Assembly (NCBI GenBank): GCA_039679675.1
Contig: JBDKUN010000059.1
Location: 64,001 to 128,000 of the forward strand
DNA: 64,000 nt
Origin: Armatimonadota bacterium
GTDB taxonomy: Bacteria > Armatimonadota > UBA5829 > DTLH01
Direction: 5' to 3'
The notes under the pieces are model-generated. The model made no database searches and was not told the DNA's origin. It saw only the letters and a list, made by a program, of their open reading frames with translations. The position numbers and the translations under genes are program-made. Below are positions 58,345-64,000 of the stretch, in pieces (within the stretch, counting starts at the first letter, position 1; each line of letters starts with the position of its first letter).

Positions 58345-58610
58345 TTGCTGCTCCCATAGCATCCGCCGGTTCGGATGTGCTATTATAATAGGGTTAGGTT
58401 GATTGTCGCCCGGAACATGGCCCTAATAGGTTTACCCATCCGCAGAGTTTAGCACTCTAAAGACAATATAAAAATGGATAATTGCGGGTAGATACCGGAC
58501 GGACATAAAGAAATTATGTAAACCAAAGCGCCGCTGTGCCCGTTCTTTATAAATGGCGCTGCGAAGCTCAGTTAAACAGACAGACGCAGCGGAAGGAAAG
58601 GCATGGGTAG

Positions 58611-59639
58611 ATGAAAGCCATTGTAAAATCGAATCCCGGCCCTGGTTTGGATGTTCTCCAGGTCAAGGAGCCGAGAATCGGCAGCAGAGATGTCCTGATC
58701 AAGGTCAGAGCTGCCGGAATCTGCGGAACCGATCTTCATATTTATTCCTGGGACGAATGGTCAGCAGGAAGAGTCAAACCCCCTGTAATCCTCGGACATG
58801 AATTCTGCGGCGATATAGTAGAGATCGGCTCAGATGTTACCAAAGTCTCCGTCGGTGATTATGTAAGCGCCGAATGCCATATGACCTGCGAAAACTGTTA
58901 CCAGTGCAAGACCAATCAGCGTCATATCTGCGCCAATGTCCAGCTTTGCGGCGTTGATCGCAATGGTGCATTCGCCGAGTATGTTTCCATCCCGGAACAG
59001 TATATCTGGAAGCTCGACAAGAGTATCCCCACCGAACTTGCTGCAATCTTTGACCCCATCGGAAACGCTGTACACACCGTTTTTGCGGGAGACGTTGCAG
59101 GAATGAACATGGCTGTAGTTGGATGCGGACCTATCGGGCTTGCTTCCATACAGATTGCCCGCGCAGCCGGTGCAACAAAGATCGTCGGGTTCGATGTTTC
59201 CGAAGTCAGAATGAAGATGGCGGAACAGATGGGCGCGGACCGTATAGTCGACTCCGCAAAAGAAGATACACTCGCCGTGGCGAAAGACCTTACAGAAGGT
59301 ATCGGCTTCGATGTAGTCCTTGAGATGTCAGGAAACGCCAAGGGAATCGATAACGCGATCAAAATGACCCGTTCAGGCGGACAGGTCACAGTTCTCGGCC
59401 TGCCTAAATCGCCGGTAACAATAGACCTCGCAAACGACGTAGTCATGAGAGGCATCACGATGAAGGGTATCCACGGTCGAAGGATGTATGAGACATGGTA
59501 CCAAGTGATGAGGCTTATCCAGTCCGGCAGAGTGGACCTGATGCCTGTCGTTACGCACAAGATGAAGTTCGAGGAAGTGGACAAAGCGATGGAGATCATG
59601 GCATCCGGTCGCTGCGGAAAAGTCATCCTGTATCCTTAG
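58611..59639 (+). CDS. tdh: L-threonine 3-dehydrogenase
   Basis: [11 protein letters not shown], structural Zn Cys, [14 protein letters not shown]; adjacent kbl. Confidence 0.95.
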   Translation: MKAIVKSNPGPGLDVLQVKEPRIGSRDVLIKVRAAGICGTDLHIYSWDEWSAGRVKPPVILGHEFCGDIVEIGSDVTKVSVGDYVSAECHMTCENCYQCKTNQRHICANVQLCGVDRNGAFAEYVSIPEQYIWKLDKSIPTELAAIFDPIGNAVHTVFAGDVAGMNMAVVGCGPIGLASIQIARAAGATKIVGFDVSEVRMKMAEQMGADRIVDSAKEDTLAVAKDLTEGIGFDVVLEMSGNAKGIDNAIKMTRSGGQVTVLGLPKSPVTIDLANDVVMRGITMKGIHGRRMYETWYQVMRLIQSGRVDLMPVVTHKMKFEEVDKAMEIMASGRCGKVILYP

Positions 59640-59649
59640 AGGTAAAAAC

Positions 59650-60831
59650 ATGACAGCAAAAGCTATGGAATTCATTGATGGGATTCTCGACTCACTGAAA
59701 GAAAAGGGAACCTATCGTGAACTGAGAGTGCTCGAAGGCGAGCAGCTTCCTACAAGTAAGTTCGATGGTAAGACTGTTATAAATCTCTCGTCGAACAACT
59801 ACCTGGGGCTGACTACTCATCCCAAAATGCGCGAAGCTGCAATTAAGGCGATAAAAGAGTTCGGAGTCGGTTCTGCATCTGTCAGAACAATAGCTGGTAC
59901 AATGGAGATTCACCAGGAACTGGAGCGAAAACTGGCTGAATTCAAGCATACTGAAGCATCGCTTGTTTTTCAGTCCGGTTTTGCCGCGAACCAGGGTGTT
60001 ATCGGCTCAGTTCTCGAAGAAGGCGACCTCGTAATAAGTGACGAGTTGAACCATGCGAGCATCATTGACGGTATCAGGCTGACGAAAGCCGCTCGAAAAG
60101 TCTACAAGCACAGCGATATGGACAGTTTGAAGGATGTGCTCGAAAATTCGAAGGACATCAAAAAGAAACTGATCGTAACCGACGGCGTTTTCAGCATGGA
60201 CGGCGACATCGCACTCCTTCCGCAGATTGTAGAGCTTTCGGAGGAGTATGAAGCGATCGTTATGGTGGATGATGCTCATTCCAGCGGCGTTCTGGGCCGT
60301 AACGGACGTGGCAGCATCGACCACTTCGACTTGAATGGCAGAGTAGATATCCAGGTAGGAACACTTTCAAAGGCAATAGGCGCGATGGGTGGCTATGTAG
60401 CGGGAAGCCAGAAGCTGCGTGATCTTATGATCCATAGAGGAAGAGCGCTTCTCTTCAGTACATCCCATCCGCCATCAGTCGTTGCGTCGTGCATTGCTGC
60501 TATTGATGTGCTTCTGAATGAGCCTGAGAGGATCGAGAAGCTCTGGGACAACGCCCGATACTTCAAAACAGGTCTCAACAATCTTGGGTTCGACACGGGA
60601 CACAGCCAGACACCGATTACACCTGTAATCGTCGGCAAAGGCGCACTCGCGATGAAACTCTCGGACAGACTGTTTGATGAAGGTGTATTCGCTCAGGGAA
60701 TCGGCTATCCGACCGTGCCTGATGCGAAGTCCAGAGTCCGCACAATTGTGACTGCGACGCACACCAAAGAAGAGCTCGATAAAGCGCTAGAAGCCTTTGA
60801 AAAAGTCGGTAAGGAACTGGCGATTATCTAG
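59650..60831 (+). CDS. kbl: Glycine C-acetyltransferase (2-amino-3-ketobutyrate CoA ligase)
   Basis: [33 protein letters not shown]. Confidence 0.92.
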   Translation: MTAKAMEFIDGILDSLKEKGTYRELRVLEGEQLPTSKFDGKTVINLSSNNYLGLTTHPKMREAAIKAIKEFGVGSASVRTIAGTMEIHQELERKLAEFKHTEASLVFQSGFAANQGVIGSVLEEGDLVISDELNHASIIDGIRLTKAARKVYKHSDMDSLKDVLENSKDIKKKLIVTDGVFSMDGDIALLPQIVELSEEYEAIVMVDDAHSSGVLGRNGRGSIDHFDLNGRVDIQVGTLSKAIGAMGGYVAGSQKLRDLMIHRGRALLFSTSHPPSVVASCIAAIDVLLNEPERIEKLWDNARYFKTGLNNLGFDTGHSQTPITPVIVGKGALAMKLSDRLFDEGVFAQGIGYPTVPDAKSRVRTIVTATHTKEELDKALEAFEKVGKELAII

Positions 60832-60860
60832 AAGTAGTGGTTATTTAGACAAGACATACC

Positions 60861-60897
60861 AAAAGGTCCGAGGCAAAACCCCGGACCTTTATTTTTT
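60861..60897. terminator. Bidirectional terminator
   Basis: AAAGGTCCG/CGGACCTTT stem with T-run between convergent genes. Confidence 0.75.
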
Positions 60898-60915
60898 GTG
60901 ATTTGAACAAGCTAT

Positions 60916-62343
60916 TCAGTCTTCGACCCGCCGTGCGACTTTTCTCTTTTTCGTAGGACGGGAACTCTCAACGATCAGAGCCGCTATGCACCCCATTACC
61001 AGTCCGAGGAGGCATGCTGCAGCAAGCGTGATCTTAACCTTTGGTTTATAATAGCATTTTTCCGCAACGGCCCAATCCAGGACAGTAAACCCTTCAGGGT
61101 CCTTCGCTTCAAGCACTTTTGCCTGGCTCAACTGTGTGAGAAGCGATGTGTAGACCGCCTCAAGCGCTTTAACATCGCGCGTAATCCTGATGTAGCGCAT
61201 CTCATTTCTGGCATTACCGGCTATCTCGTTCTCAACACGTGTCAGAATCTTATTGAGCGTGTCCAGTCTTGCCTGAACACCGCTCTCCTTGATCTCAAAT
61301 TGCGCTAACTCCTGGACCAACTCCTGGCGAACTGGGTTTATCTGAAGAGTCTCGCTTGCCGTTATTTTAGGCACTTCGGCTTTTATCTGTTCCTTTATTT
61401 TCTCTATATCATGAGTTGCAGCCACAACATCAGGTGATTTTTCCGTCATGTCTTCAAGTAGACTTGCTCTCAGCACCTCAGCATCAGCGAGTTTCGACTT
61501 GAGCTGGCTTACAACGGCGTTTTCCTCAACTACCTTCGAAGCTTCTATAACGGTTTCATGGTCCTTTACTGTTGCTTTTGCTTCTTCAATACTCTTTTCA
61601 GTCTCTCGGGCTTCTGTCTCAGCCTCGATTTGCATTGTACGAAGAGAGATCAACTGCTCGACCTGCTGGCTTTCGGTCTCAGGAGGAGGTAGAGCAGGAT
61701 TGGCCTCCTTGAACTTCCTAAGCGTATTCTCAGCGGCGGAAAGCTCCCTGCGCGTCTTATCTACTTCTTTTTCAAGGAACTCCCTCTTCCGATGGCCTGA
61801 ACTAAACGAGTGATCTTTATCGAACTCCTGCAGTTTTCGGATATATGTGTTCACCATCTCAGCGGAAAGGCTGGCAGTCTTTTCGTCCGCGTTACTGCCT
61901 TCCAATTTGATACCGGGATTGCCCTTCTCTACCCATGTAGAAGGAACACTAAAGTAGATCTCCATAGTTCCTTCTTTTGTTTTCAACACTTCGATACCGT
62001 TCTGAAGTGATGAATAGTCACCTGCAATCTTGCCAAGTTTAAGCTCTCGTCCTACCTCTTCGCTCAACGTCCGGCTCTTCAGTATCCCCATATACATCTC
62101 CGGGCTGTTGCTGCTCGACATATCGAAGTCGCCTATATTGGGGACTCCCATGCTGGAAAGCAATCCTGCGGCTGAAGACTGCTTTGAATTAGGGAATATA
62201 AGCACAGCCTTACTCCTGTATGTGTGAGGAGTCAACAGGAGCGTGACGAGAGCGACCAACAAAATGATGATTCCTATTACGATAACCATCATCCGCCGGC
62301 GCCATATCACCTGCAAGTAATCGATGAGATTTATATCTTCCAT
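60916..62343 (-). CDS. Polysaccharide co-polymerase (GumC/Wzc-like, no kinase domain)
   Basis: INLIDYLQVIWRRR TM1, ILKSR, long coiled coil, C-terminal TM. Confidence 0.85.
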   Translation of the reverse strand: MEDINLIDYLQVIWRRRMMVIVIGIIILLVALVTLLLTPHTYRSKAVLIFPNSKQSSAAGLLSSMGVPNIGDFDMSSSNSPEMYMGILKSRTLSEEVGRELKLGKIAGDYSSLQNGIEVLKTKEGTMEIYFSVPSTWVEKGNPGIKLEGSNADEKTASLSAEMVNTYIRKLQEFDKDHSFSSGHRKREFLEKEVDKTRRELSAAENTLRKFKEANPALPPPETESQQVEQLISLRTMQIEAETEARETEKSIEEAKATVKDHETVIEASKVVEENAVVSQLKSKLADAEVLRASLLEDMTEKSPDVVAATHDIEKIKEQIKAEVPKITASETLQINPVRQELVQELAQFEIKESGVQARLDTLNKILTRVENEIAGNARNEMRYIRITRDVKALEAVYTSLLTQLSQAKVLEAKDPEGFTVLDWAVAEKCYYKPKVKITLAAACLLGLVMGCIAALIVESSRPTKKRKVARRVED

Positions 62344-62346
62344 AAG

Positions 62347-63981
62347 CTAAAAGAGTGCCAATAATCTGATTGTAGATATGATCTGCGATAGATCACGCCA
62401 GTCGCTTACTATTTTCTCGGATACGTATACGATGTCACCGGGCTGCATAACAGGATTATCTTTTGCCTTCCCCCTAATCCCTTTTGCAATATCTGCTTTT
62501 ATCAACTCGTTTTTATTGGAAGTTGCCCGGACTATGACGATAGACGATTTCGCTCTTCCTCCGGGCCCACCGGCCTGCGCTAGATAATCGAGCAGCCGTC
62601 CGTCAGGCTCGTAAGAGAACCCGCCGGGTTTCACGACCTCGCCAAACACGTATACCTTGTCCTGCAGGGCGGGCAGAATAAGCGTATCACCGCTTTCAAG
62701 GACTACATCCCCTGACTTGTCCTGCCTGGTGATAACCCTGTCCAGATCAAGCGCAATAACTTCGGTCTTGTCGCTGCTCCGACGTTCGATCTTCGCATGT
62801 TTGAGATCAGCCTGTGGAGTTGCGCCACCTGTCCTTACTATTACATCACCGGCCGTCTCACCATTCGCCAGACGGTAGACTCCTGATTTGTTTAGTACGT
62901 TTCCCGATACCCGCTGATAAACCCCATCGCCCTTAAATTCCCCAACCAGCCTTATCATCGGTTGGTAATCGGCAATAGATGGGATAACAAGCTTATCTCC
63001 GGGCTGAAGGGCCGGGTTATCGTTTCCTGAGAGATCAATGTGAATGGCTTTTACACTGCCATCAGGATTATTGCGCCTTATTACGGCGTTCGTACCCGAA
63101 GCAGTCGGCAGCAGTCCCTGACAGAGATCCATCACATCACTCACATGGCATTCTTTCCCATCAGCAGGATGAAGCGGTACCATTTCGAACTGCCCCTGCC
63201 GTGATACTTCACCGACGACCGTAACCCAGTCGAGTGCCGGTGGAACGTAGATTATATCGCCGCCCTGTAGTGTAACATTTGCTTCCAACTCACCCCGGGA
63301 TACCATCCTGAAAACATCTACTACGTTGCTCTTGCCATTTCTAGTCAGCTTTACTCTGCGAGTAGAACCCGTAGGCTGAACTACAGCCTTGAGAAGCGCT
63401 TCCAGCAATGTCGCGGAAGAAGGAAGTACCTGCGGCCCAGGGTTAGCTATCATCCCGCTTATCCATACTTTTATGGTCGCGGGTTTTGAGACACTTATAT
63501 CGACATCGAAATGCTTGTAATACGCCGATAACTTGTCTTTGACGATTTCTTTCAGTTCAGGAACGGTTTTCCCTGCAGCATCAACCGGGCCTATGACAGG
63601 AAGATTGATTGTCCCATCATACAGCACAGGAAAAGTACTTATCGGACTATCTTTAGATGGAGATAATGTATCAGAGTCGGACTTTTCACGTCCATAGTGC
63701 AAATCCACTCTTCCCCTTACATCTACAACGAGCAAATCGCCGGGGCCAATAAGATAATCCGGGGATAAATAATAAGCTGAACGCGTGCTGTCATCAAGTG
63801 AAAGGGATTTCAAATCGGATGAGATGCTAATTCTATCGCCTGACAGGTCTACCGGGGCAACCACAGTCGGCTTGCTGGCAGTATCGCCGGAATCCGTCTT
63901 CTGAGAAAGCGCAGCCGGAACTGCAACAATGGTTACAAGCAATAAGGCCAAGATATATGCTCTTCCCAAGCTCAATTTCAC
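62347..63981 (-). CDS. Polysaccharide export protein with SLBB repeats (Wza-like)
   Basis: YLIGPGD, DGTINLPVIG, repeated GEV..G and L..GD.I.VP. Confidence 0.88.
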   Translation of the reverse strand: MKLSLGRAYILALLLVTIVAVPAALSQKTDSGDTASKPTVVAPVDLSGDRISISSDLKSLSLDDSTRSAYYLSPDYLIGPGDLLVVDVRGRVDLHYGREKSDSDTLSPSKDSPISTFPVLYDGTINLPVIGPVDAAGKTVPELKEIVKDKLSAYYKHFDVDISVSKPATIKVWISGMIANPGPQVLPSSATLLEALLKAVVQPTGSTRRVKLTRNGKSNVVDVFRMVSRGELEANVTLQGGDIIYVPPALDWVTVVGEVSRQGQFEMVPLHPADGKECHVSDVMDLCQGLLPTASGTNAVIRRNNPDGSVKAIHIDLSGNDNPALQPGDKLVIPSIADYQPMIRLVGEFKGDGVYQRVSGNVLNKSGVYRLANGETAGDVIVRTGGATPQADLKHAKIERRSSDKTEVIALDLDRVITRQDKSGDVVLESGDTLILPALQDKVYVFGEVVKPGGFSYEPDGRLLDYLAQAGGPGGRAKSSIVIVRATSNKNELIKADIAKGIRGKAKDNPVMQPGDIVYVSEKIVSDWRDLSQIISTIRLLALF

Positions 63982-64000
63982 CTCAGATATCCCTTTTCAC

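Noticed and set aside
58449..58475. Perfect CIRCE left half TTAGCACTC upstream of tdh
   Set aside because: No GAGTGCTAA-like half 9 nt downstream (reads TATAAAAAT-like AT-rich sequence).

Overview
Bacterial chromosomal window, gene-dense and mostly housekeeping or metabolic. An anaerobic diderm such as Armatimonadota is a guess from gene content only. Contents: a truncated zinc-ribbon/Pro-Gln-rich membrane protein; hrcA, a thermosome-like (group III-type) chaperonin and grpE, with no dnaK in the window; a PAS hybrid kinase; a tandem RimJ/RimL acetyltransferase; a GH106-like glycosidase; tldD/pmbA; Xaa-Pro peptidase; aroQ; wzm/wzt; rodA; an M16 peptidase pair; leuACDB; a fused sugar-binding protein/permease; a zinc-ribbon DEAD-box helicase; AGE epimerase; an ~11 kb [FeFe]-hydrogenase locus (Rex-like operator, DRTGG/kinase/group-D-like sensor/PHP/HATPase regulatory genes, then hydD-C-B-A with HydB fused to a GltD-like flavoprotein); femX; tdh-kbl; wzc/wza-like export genes. 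Three tRNAs (Gln-CTG, Ala-CGC, Leu-TAA) are each followed by an orphan accessory gene, one a PIN nuclease. The main unexplained structure is a set of modular palindromic intergenic repeats in four multi-copy families. They nest in one another, show compensatory base changes, supply a stop codon and bracket small AT-rich genes. No transposase, integrase or CRISPR array was seen. All calls are by eye from motifs; no searches were run.
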